Part shown: positions 34,859 to 43,386 of the stretch, piece after piece
How the letters are laid out: each line of letters opens with the position of its first letter
Numbering within the stretch: position 1 is the first letter of the stretch
Assembly (NCBI GenBank): GCA_964543955.1
Contig: CAZJBN010000006.1
Coordinates: forward strand, 3,949-67,948
From: an uncultured Bifidobacteriaceae bacterium
GTDB lineage: Bacteria; Acidobacteriota; Vicinamibacteria; Vicinamibacterales; UBA2999
DNA length: 64,000 bases
Direction: 5' to 3'
Program-made: the position numbers and the translations under genes
Notes under the pieces: model-generated
Databases searched by the model: none
What the model saw: only the letters and a program-made list of their open reading frames with translations
What the model was told of the DNA's origin: nothing

Positions 34859-37099
34859 TTGAGCGTGCTTGGGCTGCTCGGCCTGGTTGCGGCCACACTG
34901 GGCCTCGCGATCCTGGTCCTGCCCTTCGTGGGCTTCATCCGCCTGTCCCGCCTGTCGAACGACGTGACACGGCTTCGAGCGCGGATCGAGTCCCTGGAGG
35001 AGGCTGCCCTGCGAGCACCCGGATCGGAGGCGAAACCAGCCGCGAGCCACGCGGCGCCTGCGGCTGCTGACCTCGCACCAGGACCGAGATCCCACCTCCC
35101 GATCGAGCCGCGCCATCCACAGCCGGACGGCGCCACCGCCGGCGAGGCGGCTGTCATGGCCGGCGGGCCGAGCGCGTCCGACGACCTCGAATCGCGCATC
35201 GGAGGGCGCTGGCTGCTGTATGCGGGCGTGGCCATCCTGCTCGTCGGCGTCAGCTTCTTCCTGAAGTACGCGTTCGACAACGACTGGATCCCGCCTGCGA
35301 CCCGCGTCCTCACCGGCGCGGCTGCAGGCCTGGCGCTGGTGGCCGGCGGATGGCGGGTCGCCCGCCACGTGGAACGTTTCGGCCTGGCACTGACGGGCGT
35401 CGGATTGGTGACGCTCTATCTCGCCGCTTATTCGGCGCTCGCCTTCTACGCGCTCGTCGACCAATGGACCGGTTTTGGCGCGATGTTCAGCACGACGCTG
35501 CTGGCCACGTGGCTCGCCAATCGCGGCCGATCGCAACTGCTGGCCCTCATTGCCTGCATCGGCGGCTTCCTCACGCCGTTCCTCGTGAGCGGCAGCGCGC
35601 ACGACACGACGCTGTTGTTGTCGTACTTCCTCGCGCTCGCTCTCGGCGTGCTGGTCCTCGTCGCACGGCAGGGGTGGATGGCCGTCGCGTCGGTCGGCTA
35701 CGTGCTGACGCTCGGCGTGCTGGTCAGCTGGGCCACCGTCAACTACGCGGACGATGACTGGGCCTGGATCCTTCTGTGCCTCACGGCATTCTGCGCCGTG
35801 TTCGTTGGCATGTGGCGAGTGACCGTACGCATGGACGGCGGCGGCGCCACGTTGGCAGCGGCCCTCCTCGGTACCGCACCGTTCTTCTACCACCTCGCGG
35901 CGCTGGCCATCACCTCAGGTCACCCTCCCTTCTTTCACGTCTACCTGATTGTGGTCACCTCTGTCGGCCTGCTGCTCACGACGACTCCGCACCGTGGATG
36001 GCTGCGGCTGCTCATCCTCCTCGGCACCTACCTGCCGCTGCTCGGCTACCTCGAGTACAGCAGCACATCGTCGCTGACGTCCAGCTTCGTCACCGCGATC
36101 GCGCTCGCGACACTGCACGTGGTCGCGATGCTCGACAGAATGCTTCGGCAGGAACGGCCGCTCGGTCTCCCGGACCTCCTGGTCCTGCACCTGTCGATGA
36201 TCGGTCTGTTCGGGCTGCTCTCACAGATACTGGGTCCCGTCGCTCCCGACTGGCGGGGTGGCGCCGGCGCCGTCCTGGCGCTCGTGTCTGCCGGTCTCTG
36301 GTTCATCGCGGAACGCCGCGATCCGGTGATGGCACTCAATGCGGCCGGGCTGTCGTTCACGCTGGTGGCGCTGGCCACGGCCATTCAGTTCGACGGGCGT
36401 GTCGCCGTGATCGGGTGGGCGGCGGAGGGTGCGGCGGCCGCGTGGATTGGACTGAGGGCGCCCAGCCGGATCTTCCGTATCGGCGGGCTGGCGCTGCTCG
36501 CGCTGGCTGCCATCAGGCTGTCCGACGGCTACTTCGATTCAGGGGCGTCGACGGCCGTCATCGTGAACGATCGATCCCTGGCGACGCTCGTGATTGTCGT
36601 CCTGGCGTATCTCCTGGCGCGGGCGTGGCGCCTGCACCGCCCGGCGGATGAGGCCGCCGGCGCCCTGCCGGTCGGGTTGGAGACTGGCGCGAGTGTGCTC
36701 ACGATGATGTGGCTGTCCGCGGAGATCGCGGCGTACTGGGACGCGCAGCCGCGGACGCTCCAGGCCGCACTCAGCGAAGAGCTGATGCGGTCGCTCGCGT
36801 GGGGTGCCTACGGCGCCGCGCTCATTGTCATCGGCATGTGGCAATCCCTGGCGTCCATCCGGTGGATCGGCATGGCCGTCATCGGTGTGACGGTCGTGAA
36901 GGTCGGTATCGTCGATCTCTCGACGCTGGGCGGCATCTACCGCGTGATCGGATTCCTGGCCATTGGCGTGCTGCTCGTGACCGTCTCGTATCTCTACCAG
37001 CGGACACGTACCGGGAACGGCGCCCGTGTTCACGATGGGCCCGGCAACCGGGCCGCTGCCGATCGTCGAGCGCACGGCGACGACGGCGTCTCTCCGTGA
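34859..37099 (+). CDS. DUF2339-family polytopic membrane protein
   Basis: In frame within ORF 34418..37099(+). The start is uncertain (TTG 34859 or GTG 34865, first candidates clear of the divergent gene). An N-terminal TM and coiled segment (LSNDVTRLRARIESLEEAAL) and a Pro/Ala linker precede IGGRWLLYAGVAILLVGVSFFLKYAFDNDWI and more than 15 TM helices. Confidence 0.75.
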   Translation: MSVLGLLGLVAATLGLAILVLPFVGFIRLSRLSNDVTRLRARIESLEEAALRAPGSEAKPAASHAAPAAADLAPGPRSHLPIEPRHPQPDGATAGEAAVMAGGPSASDDLESRIGGRWLLYAGVAILLVGVSFFLKYAFDNDWIPPATRVLTGAAAGLALVAGGWRVARHVERFGLALTGVGLVTLYLAAYSALAFYALVDQWTGFGAMFSTTLLATWLANRGRSQLLALIACIGGFLTPFLVSGSAHDTTLLLSYFLALALGVLVLVARQGWMAVASVGYVLTLGVLVSWATVNYADDDWAWILLCLTAFCAVFVGMWRVTVRMDGGGATLAAALLGTAPFFYHLAALAITSGHPPFFHVYLIVVTSVGLLLTTTPHRGWLRLLILLGTYLPLLGYLEYSSTSSLTSSFVTAIALATLHVVAMLDRMLRQERPLGLPDLLVLHLSMIGLFGLLSQILGPVAPDWRGGAGAVLALVSAGLWFIAERRDPVMALNAAGLSFTLVALATAIQFDGRVAVIGWAAEGAAAAWIGLRAPSRIFRIGGLALLALAAIRLSDGYFDSGASTAVIVNDRSLATLVIVVLAYLLARAWRLHRPADEAAGALPVGLETGASVLTMMWLSAEIAAYWDAQPRTLQAALSEELMRSLAWGAYGAALIVIGMWQSLASIRWIGMAVIGVTVVKVGIVDLSTLGGIYRVIGFLAIGVLLVTVSYLYQRTRTGNGARVHDGPGNRAAADRRAHGDDGVSP

Positions 37100-37246
37100 A
37101 CGACGACGCCTGTCGCTGACCTGTCAGTTCTTCGAGGTGTCTGCCCATCCGTGGGCGGCCGGCCCGGCATGTCCGACGGCAGCCGCCGGTTCCCTGCGGA
37201 TCCGAACCCACCCGTACGACGTTCCCGTCCCGCCGCTCGGTTGTCT

Positions 37247-37474
37247 TCAGTTGACCATCGACGCCGGGCCCGCTCTGAGGTCCCGCCGCCGCTCCAGCGC
37301 ACGCAGGATCACGGTCCCGACTTCGGCCAGGTCGAGCGCTTCCATTGTCAGGCAGACGGCACCGATTTGCAGGTGGACCTTCCCGCACGAGCATTGATGG
37401 ACGGAGACGTTCTCGCTCTCGGCCAGTGTTTCCTCGTCGTGTGCTGCGGTGGATGTCATGGAGTGCTGCGCCAT
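37247..37474 (-). CDS. small hypothetical protein (75 aa) downstream of rpsD
   Basis: ORF 37247..37474(-) has an ATG preceded by AGGAAGGGA about 9 nt upstream and starts 35 nt after the rpsD stop on the same strand. It contains HQCSCGKVHLQIGAVC. I recognise no family. Confidence 0.4.
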   Translation of the reverse strand: MAQHSMTSTAAHDEETLAESENVSVHQCSCGKVHLQIGAVCLTMEALDLAEVGTVILRALERRRDLRAGPASMVN

Positions 37475-37508
37475 CGGCCCTGTCCCTTCCTGTTCTTGTG
37501 CCTGCTGC

Positions 37509-38120
37509 TCAGAGTACGCGCGAATAGTGCTCGACGATCAAGCGCATCTCGACGTCGAACGGCACGAACGCCTCATCCGGGTAGGAGACGACGCGGACCG
37601 TCTGCTCGGACCGATTGATGTCGAGCCATGGCGATTCCAGCCCTGAACCCGATTCGTAGGCGCGCTCGACCGCTGCCCGGCCTGATGGTTTCACCCCGAC
37701 CACGTCGTTGAGGTCGAGCCGCCTGGACGGGATGTCGCAGGTGCGGCCGTTCACGGTGATGTGGCCGTGCGCGACGAGCTGCCGCGCCGCGGGAATCGTG
37801 CGGGCGAACCCGCTCCGGAAGACCACGTTGTCGAGCCGCCGTTCGAGCAACTGAATGAGCGTCACCCCTGTGTTCCCGCGCATCCTGGTGGCGCGTTCGA
37901 CGAGGCCGCGCAGCGCGCGTTCGGTCAGTCCGTAGTTGAATCGGATCTTCTGCTTCTCGCGAAGCGCAAGCGCATACGACGAGGCCTTCTTCCTGCGCTG
38001 GGTCGGGCCGTGCTGGCCAGGGCCGTACGGACGCTTCTGGGCCGACTTTCTCGTCAGACCGGGCAGCTCGGTGCCGAGCGCCCGAACAATTCGCAATCGC
38101 GGGGACGTCAACCGTGACAC
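37509..38120 (-). CDS. rpsD: 30S ribosomal protein S4
   Basis: ORF 37509..38120(-) with a GTG start. It has REKQKIRFNYGLTERALRGL, LLERRLDNVVFRSGFARTIPAARQLVAHGHITVNG (S4 domain). Confidence 0.95.
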   Translation of the reverse strand: MSRLTSPRLRIVRALGTELPGLTRKSAQKRPYGPGQHGPTQRRKKASSYALALREKQKIRFNYGLTERALRGLVERATRMRGNTGVTLIQLLERRLDNVVFRSGFARTIPAARQLVAHGHITVNGRTCDIPSRRLDLNDVVGVKPSGRAAVERAYESGSGLESPWLDINRSEQTVRVVSYPDEAFVPFDVEMRLIVEHYSRVL

Positions 38121-38145
38121 GTCACAACTCCGTTCGAATGGACCG

Positions 38146-39129
38146 TCATCGGTCGATGCTTCCCGGAGGCGCCGATGCCGCCTGCAGCCGAACCCACTCG
38201 ACGAGGCGGTCGTCGGGCATCAGCGCCTGGCTGGTCATCGTGTAGGCAAGCCCTTCGAGACGCTTGCGGACGCCTTTCTCGATGCCTCCGAATGACAACA
38301 GGTGTGGAACCACGAGCACACTGCGCCCGGCCGCGATCTCGCCCTCGACGAGCTCGCGCAACTCCTGCGTGGCGCGCTCGCGCATCTCGGGACCCGCATC
38401 GTCTCGGACCGTCATGTAGTGAACGGCGCCGTACGGCGCGGACGCTCTCACCTGCTCGGCCAGAACGGCCATGTCGGCAAGCCAGCGCCGATTGTCCTCT
38501 TCGGGTACCGGTCCGTGCGCAATGATGACCACGGCTTCCCGGGCAGGCGCCGCGCTGACCGAACGCGCGCGATCGGCCAGAATGCGGCCCACCAGCTCGT
38601 GGCGGTTGAGCGCGGAGGTCATCCGCACGGGAACCGGAAGAGCGACCGGCGAGGTCGGGTCGGCGGCTGGCGCCGCATGTTGCGCATGACCGGCCGCCGG
38701 TGCGGCGGTCGAGGCACCATGGGCGGAGTGGTCCATCCTGGCGAAGAGCGCGAGATCCGGTGGAGCCTCGCCGCGAAGCCCGAGCAGATACTCGGTCGAC
38801 GTGATCACCGAGCTCCAGGACGACACGAACAGCGGAACGGCGACGACCTCCGTCACGCCGCGCGCGGCCAGGCGATCGACGGCGGCCTGGATGGACGCGC
38901 GAGACGCCATGCCGAACGCCACTTCGACCGGTTGCTCCTCGTCGAGGGTCGAGGCGAGCGCCGTGACGCGTTCATTCCACTCCCTGGCCCCGCCGTGAGC
39001 CAGGAGGAGAATGCCCGTCTTCGGCGGGGTCTGGGCGCTCGACGGCGTCTGAGCCGCAGTTCCGACGACGGTCGCGCCGACGAGCATGACGGCGAGCATG
39101 ATGCGAATCACTGTCAGTCTTCCCTTCAT
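38146..39129 (-). CDS. secreted two-domain CbiX/SirB-like chelatase-fold protein
   Basis: ORF 38146..39129(-) has the signal peptide MKGRLTVIRIMLAVMLVGATVVGTAAQ. Two CbiX-like halves are present (ILLLAHGGAREWNE...VVAVPLFVS and VVIIAHGPVPEEDN...VLVVPHLLSFGG), joined by a His/Ala-rich linker DHSAHGASTAAPAAGHAQHAAPA. Confidence 0.7.
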   Translation of the reverse strand: MKGRLTVIRIMLAVMLVGATVVGTAAQTPSSAQTPPKTGILLLAHGGAREWNERVTALASTLDEEQPVEVAFGMASRASIQAAVDRLAARGVTEVVAVPLFVSSWSSVITSTEYLLGLRGEAPPDLALFARMDHSAHGASTAAPAAGHAQHAAPAADPTSPVALPVPVRMTSALNRHELVGRILADRARSVSAAPAREAVVIIAHGPVPEEDNRRWLADMAVLAEQVRASAPYGAVHYMTVRDDAGPEMRERATQELRELVEGEIAAGRSVLVVPHLLSFGGIEKGVRKRLEGLAYTMTSQALMPDDRLVEWVRLQAASAPPGSIDR

Positions 39130-39148
39130 CGAATGCTCCTGCAGGTCG

Positions 39149-39830
39149 TCAGAGCTCGGCCCACTTCCTCAGGAGGTTGTGATAGACGGCGGTCAACTGG
39201 ACCGCCACAGGGTGATCGACCCGCTCGTGGGTGAACCCACGGATGGCCGTATCGAGATCGAAGAGCAGCGTGCGATCGACGTCGTTGCGCACCATGCTCT
39301 GCAGCCAGAAGAACGAGCTGGTCCGGGCCCCACGAGTCACGGGGCGTACGTGATGGAGGCTCGCCGAAGGATACAGTACCATGCGGCCAGCCGGTCGCTT
39401 GACGCTGTGCACGCCGTACACGTCCTCGACAACGAGCGCCCCGGCGTCGTACTCGTCGGGATTCGACAGGAAACGCGTGCAGGACAGGTCGGTCCGCATC
39501 CTGTTTGCGGTTCCGGTCACCTGCCGGATGGCGTGGTCGACGTGTCCGCCGAAGGACTGGCCGCCGGAAATCGCGATTGAAGAGGGGCGGAAGGACGTGC
39601 AGCCGCAACGCGGCGGTCAGAACGAGCGGGTTCCTCTGTAGCGCCATGAGGATCGTCTCGCCGACCTCTCGGGCAGCGGGAAGGCCTTCCGGAATCTGGA
39701 CGTTGTCCTTGGCGCGGGCCGACTGGTGGCCCGCGGCGACCTTGCCGTCTACCCATTCGGCCGCGTCGAGCAGGCGGCGCGCGTGCACCACCTGCTCGGC
39801 CGACAGCAGATCCGGAACAGCGATCAGCAA
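39149..39830 (-). pseudogene. PiuC/YbiX-like Fe(II)/2-oxoglutarate-dependent (PKHD-type) hydroxylase, disrupted by a 1-nt frameshift
   Basis: The N-terminal part (LIAVPDLLSAEQVVHARRLLDAAEWVDGK...LPPLFNR) is in the frame of ORF 39126..40169(-). The C-terminal part ([16 protein letters not shown]...[24 protein letters not shown]...[16 protein letters not shown]...FFWLQSM...[11 protein letters not shown]) is in the frame of ORF 39149..39520(-). The switch is at the A-run 39568-39570. The span is 682 nt, which is 3n+1. Confidence 0.75.
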
Positions 39831-40147
39831 ACGGATCTCAAAACGCCACGTGTGTGTTGATGCGGGAGCGGGACGTGCGGCGACCGCGCGGCCAGCAGGC
39901 TCGACAGACGAGCCGGGCATGGTGGGTGCCGCCTCCGGTCCGGCCTCGAGAACCTCCGCCAGCAGCGTCTCTGGCAGAAGTCGCCCGGTTCCGGCCGGAG
40001 GCAGCACCGACCACGCGCGGCCGAGCGTCTGCTGCTCGCGGGTCGGGGCCACGCCGGCGACCGACTTGATGTTGGCAATGCCGGCTGGAACCCCGGCAGC
40101 GTGGTGGAGCGAGATCACAACGGTTCGTGGCAGTACCATGGAAGAAG

Positions 40148-40174
40148 CAGAGTTGAGACATAGTCTCAACTCTG
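40148..40174. promoter_or_regulatory. perfect 12-bp-stem inverted repeat CAGAGTTGAGAC-ATA-GTCTCAACTCTG upstream of pxpA
   Basis: Read directly from the sequence. A second hairpin, CCGACCG-AAA-CGGTCGG, is at 40191-40207. A related palindrome, AGAATTGA-TC-TCAATTCT, is at 40222-40239 inside the first codons of pxpA. Confidence 0.5.
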
Positions 40175-40218
40175 GGCTCCAAGCCTAATTCCGACCGAAA
40201 CGGTCGGTCAATAGAAAA

Positions 40219-40989
40219 ATGAGAATTGATCTCAATTCTGATGTCGGCGAGTCGTTTGGTCCCTGGCTCATGGGCGAGGACGCATCCCTGATGCCCAGCA
40301 TCACGTCCGCCAGCGTCGCCTGCGGATTCCACGCCGGCGACCCCGGCGTCATGCGGGAGACGATCGCCCTCGCCAGGCACGCGGGCGTCGCGGTCGGGGC
40401 GCATCCCGGGTTTGCGGATCTGGTCGGCTTCGGCCGGCGCGAGATGACGTGCACGCCCCAGGAGGTCGAGGACCTGGTCGTCTATCAGGTGGCCGCGCTG
40501 GCCGGGGTCGCCGCTCGACAGGGGGTGCGCCTGCAACACGTCAAGGCACACGGGGCTCTGTACAACATGGCGTGCCGCCATCGGGCGCTGGCCGACGCCA
40601 TCGCCCGGGCCGTTGCGGCAGTGGACCGGCGACTGATCCTCTTCGGGCTCCCGGGTTCCGAGTTGCTGAAGGCAGGCGCCAGCGCCGGGCTCCGCGCGGC
40701 CGCCGAGGTCTTTGCAGACCGCGCGTACCAGCCGGATGGCTCTCTCGTGCCGAGAACCGTGTCCGGAAGCGTGATTCACGACGAGTCCATCGTCGTCAGG
40801 CGCGCAATCGGGATGGCCCGCGGCGGCGGCGTCGCCGCTCTCGACGGGACGCCGATCGCGCTCGAGGCGGACACGATCTGCGTCCACGGCGACACGCCCG
40901 GCGCGGCGAGCCTGGCCGCGGCGATTCGACGGGCGCTCGAGCAAGAGGGGATCCACGTGCTCCCGCTGGCCGCGGAGCGAACCACGTGA
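40219..40989 (+). CDS. pxpA: 5-oxoprolinase subunit A (LamB/YcsF family)
   Basis: ORF 40219..40989(+) has MRIDLNSDVGESFG, ACGFHAGDP and HVKAHGALYN. Confidence 0.85.
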   Translation: MRIDLNSDVGESFGPWLMGEDASLMPSITSASVACGFHAGDPGVMRETIALARHAGVAVGAHPGFADLVGFGRREMTCTPQEVEDLVVYQVAALAGVAARQGVRLQHVKAHGALYNMACRHRALADAIARAVAAVDRRLILFGLPGSELLKAGASAGLRAAAEVFADRAYQPDGSLVPRTVSGSVIHDESIVVRRAIGMARGGGVAALDGTPIALEADTICVHGDTPGAASLAAAIRRALEQEGIHVLPLAAERTT

Positions 40990-42029
40990 ACACCACCGGC
41001 GTCGTCGTCGCACAGGTCGGAACCCCCGACGCGCCAACGCCCTCGGCCGTGCGACGTTACCTCGCGCGGTTCCTGTCCGATCCGCGCGTCGTGGACTACT
41101 CGCCCCTGTGGTGGCAGCCGATCCTGCGCGGGGGCATTCTGCCGCTGCGCGGCCGGCGTTCCGCGGCCCTGTACCGCCGCATCTGGACCGACGAGGGATC
41201 GCCGCTCCTCGTACACTCGCAGCGACAATGTGCGGCGCTGGCAGCCCGCCTCGGCGAGGGGTACCGCGTCGCGCTCGGCATGGCGTACGCCGGCCCGAGC
41301 TTCGAGGCTGCGGTCGGCGGGTTGGTCGCCTCGGGCATCGAGCGCATCGTGGTTCTGCCGATGTTTCCGCAGTACTCGTCGACGACGACCGCCTCGATCT
41401 ACGACGGGGTGAACGAGGCCGCGACCGGGCGCGCGGGCCTCGTTCAGAACGGTCTCCGCAGGTTCGTGCCCACAATCCAGTACGTTCCGCCGTTCTTCGA
41501 GCACCCGTCGTACATCTCCGCGGTGGCTGCGTGCATCCGCCGTGCGACCGCGGCCAGGCCGGAGTCGCCGGACAGGATCGTGCTCACGTTTCACGGGTTG
41601 CCCAGGCGCTACATCGAGACCGGCGATCCATACCTGTCCCACTGCGAAGCCACGGTGGAACGCCTCGCGGCCGAGATGGGCTGGCGGGCGGAGGACTACA
41701 CGGTCTGCTTTCAGTCGCGATTCGGTCCCGAGGCGTGGCTCGCCCCGGCCACGGCCGACGTCCTCGCGCGCCTGCCGTCACAAGGCGTCAAGCGCCCGCT
41801 GGTCGTCGCGCCCGGGTTCACGACCGACTGTCTCGAAACGCTCGACGAGCTCGGCAACGAAGGGCGGCATCAGTTTGCAGCCGGCGGCGGCGACCCCGAG
41901 GCCTACTCGCTCTGCCCGTGTCTCAACGACCTCGAGGAGTGGGTCGATGCCATGGCCAGACTCGTCAGGGAAGCGGATCGGCCTGCGAACGGAGGAGACG
42001 CCGCTCGCCGCTCGCAAGCAGAAATGTAA
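40986..42029 (+). CDS. hemH: ferrochelatase
   Basis: GTG 40986 (GTGA overlap with the pxpA stop) lies within ORF 40449..42029(+). The product has GVVVAQVGTPDAPT, VVLPMFPQYSSTTT, LTFHGLPRRY and APGFTTDCLETLDEL. Confidence 0.9.
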   Translation: MNTTGVVVAQVGTPDAPTPSAVRRYLARFLSDPRVVDYSPLWWQPILRGGILPLRGRRSAALYRRIWTDEGSPLLVHSQRQCAALAARLGEGYRVALGMAYAGPSFEAAVGGLVASGIERIVVLPMFPQYSSTTTASIYDGVNEAATGRAGLVQNGLRRFVPTIQYVPPFFEHPSYISAVAACIRRATAARPESPDRIVLTFHGLPRRYIETGDPYLSHCEATVERLAAEMGWRAEDYTVCFQSRFGPEAWLAPATADVLARLPSQGVKRPLVVAPGFTTDCLETLDELGNEGRHQFAAGGGDPEAYSLCPCLNDLEEWVDAMARLVREADRPANGGDAARRSQAEM

Positions 42030-42204
42030 TCCGCGTCACGAGCCTGTCGAGTGCGAGGCCCGGTCCTTCAATCAACCGAGAGAATTTCGGCCAGATCGGC
42101 AACGGCACGAACCTTGTTTATGTGGACCGCGTCGCCAGTTTGTTATCTGTGGCACTGTGCTGCAGATGCTGGGGGGAGCCAAGCTGGCGGCAATTCTCCG
42201 AGGA

Positions 42205-42238
42205 GGGCAGTCCGTGCGCGGCACGGGCTGCCCTTTTC
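42205..42238 (+). terminator. rho-independent terminator-like hairpin after hemH
   Basis: GGGCAG-t-CCGTGC-GCG-GCACGG-g-CTGCCC at 42205-42233 is followed by TTTTC. There is no T-tract on the opposite strand. Confidence 0.6.
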
Positions 42239-42255
42239 ACTTTCGTGGTGTGCGA

Positions 42256-43386
42256 TCAGATCGCGCCTTCCGGGTACTGCAGGGCGAGGCGCAGCTCCTT
42301 GGCGAGTCCATCGACCGTCGTGCCCTGGCGCTTCCACGCGCCGTCGGTCTCGAAGCGCAAAGACCCGATGCGGCGGCCCCACGGCGAGATCACACGGCCA
42401 ATCGCCCGCGAATCCGATCGGTCGGCGTGCTGCTGGTCGATCTTCTGGATGACATCCGGCGCGACGCGAATGAACGCGCGCAGGGCGGCCGCGGACTTGA
42501 CGCTGTATTTGCGGCCGTTCCACGCCGGCTCGAAGATGTTGGCGATCTGCTTGAAGTAGTTGACGAAGAACCGCTTGGCGTCCTCGCGGAAGTCGTCGGC
42601 CTTGCGCGCGCCGCCAAGCGCCTCGTCATCGGCGAAGAGCTTCTTGAGCTCCTGCGCGAGCGGCGCCTGCGCGACCCGGCCCCTGCCAACGCCGAGCAGC
42701 TTGATGTCCCCGTGCAGTGGCGATTCCTCGCGGTCGTTCAACGCGCGGACCACGTCGTGCGCCGCCGCGAGCGCCTCGTCGCGGTAGAGCTGGCGGCCGG
42801 AGAGCGTGACCAGGTGCGAGGCGTTCAGGCGCGTGTGCTTCGCATTGATCGTCACGAACATCTGGACGATGTGATCCTCCGGAAGCCGGTCGAAGATGAT
42901 TGCCGGCACCGTGAACGGCTCGTCGCCAAAGCGGTCGATGTCGGCATGGAGCGCCAACAGCCGATGCTGACCGTCGATGGCACGCAGGATGCCTTCGCGC
43001 TCCGGCACACGGAGCCTGCCAACCATACTGCCGGGTTCCACCGGATCGAACGTCAGCTTCTCGTCCGCGGAGATGATGACGGCGCCGGGAATCGAAGGAA
43101 GGTCTCGCGCCTGCCGGCACTGCTCGTAGTACTGGACGAGCTCTTCGATCTTCTTGCGGATGATCTGCCGTTGATAGGCCTTCTCGCTCGACGCGATCCG
43201 GCGTTCGAGCAGGTCCCAGTTGATCTTCGATTGCGGGGCCCTCTTGCCCCCGCGCACGCCGCCCGACTGGTCCATGTAGCTCAGCACCTCGAAGCGCACG
43301 AGCTTGTCGATGTCGTTGGCCGTGAGGGAGGCCTGATAGAATTGCACGCCGAACTGCTGCATTCGAATCGCGGCCACACTGATCAT
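42256..43386 (-). CDS. DGQHR-domain protein (DndB/DpdB-like, ParB/Srx-fold) with uncharacterised C-terminal half
   Basis: ORF 42256..43437(-) carries the literal motif RAIDGQHRLLAL (DGQHR codons 42961-42975), an upstream YQRQIIRKKI (QR motif) and a downstream FVTINAKHTRLN. Start tentatively at ATG 43386 (MISVAAIRMQQFGVQFYQASL). Confidence 0.8.
   Translation of the reverse strand: MISVAAIRMQQFGVQFYQASLTANDIDKLVRFEVLSYMDQSGGVRGGKRAPQSKINWDLLERRIASSEKAYQRQIIRKKIEELVQYYEQCRQARDLPSIPGAVIISADEKLTFDPVEPGSMVGRLRVPEREGILRAIDGQHRLLALHADIDRFGDEPFTVPAIIFDRLPEDHIVQMFVTINAKHTRLNASHLVTLSGRQLYRDEALAAAHDVVRALNDREESPLHGDIKLLGVGRGRVAQAPLAQELKKLFADDEALGGARKADDFREDAKRFFVNYFKQIANIFEPAWNGRKYSVKSAAALRAFIRVAPDVIQKIDQQHADRSDSRAIGRVISPWGRRIGSLRFETDGAWKRQGTTVDGLAKELRLALQYPEGAI

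Noticed and set aside
39831-40139. A separate gene or N-terminal extension upstream of the PiuC-like pseudogene (open frame MVLPRTVVISLHHAAGVPAGIANIK...).
   Set aside because: There is no stop separating it from piuC, no RBS and no recognisable motif. Third-position GC is only intermediate by hand count. It is treated as uncertain and mentioned under the pseudogene finding rather than called.
42150-42164. A sigma-54-like element, TGGCAC-TGTGC-TGCA, downstream of hemH.
   Set aside because: The GG-to-GC spacing is 9 nt rather than the canonical 10. It points (+ strand) into the 3' end of a minus-strand gene, so there is nothing for it to drive.
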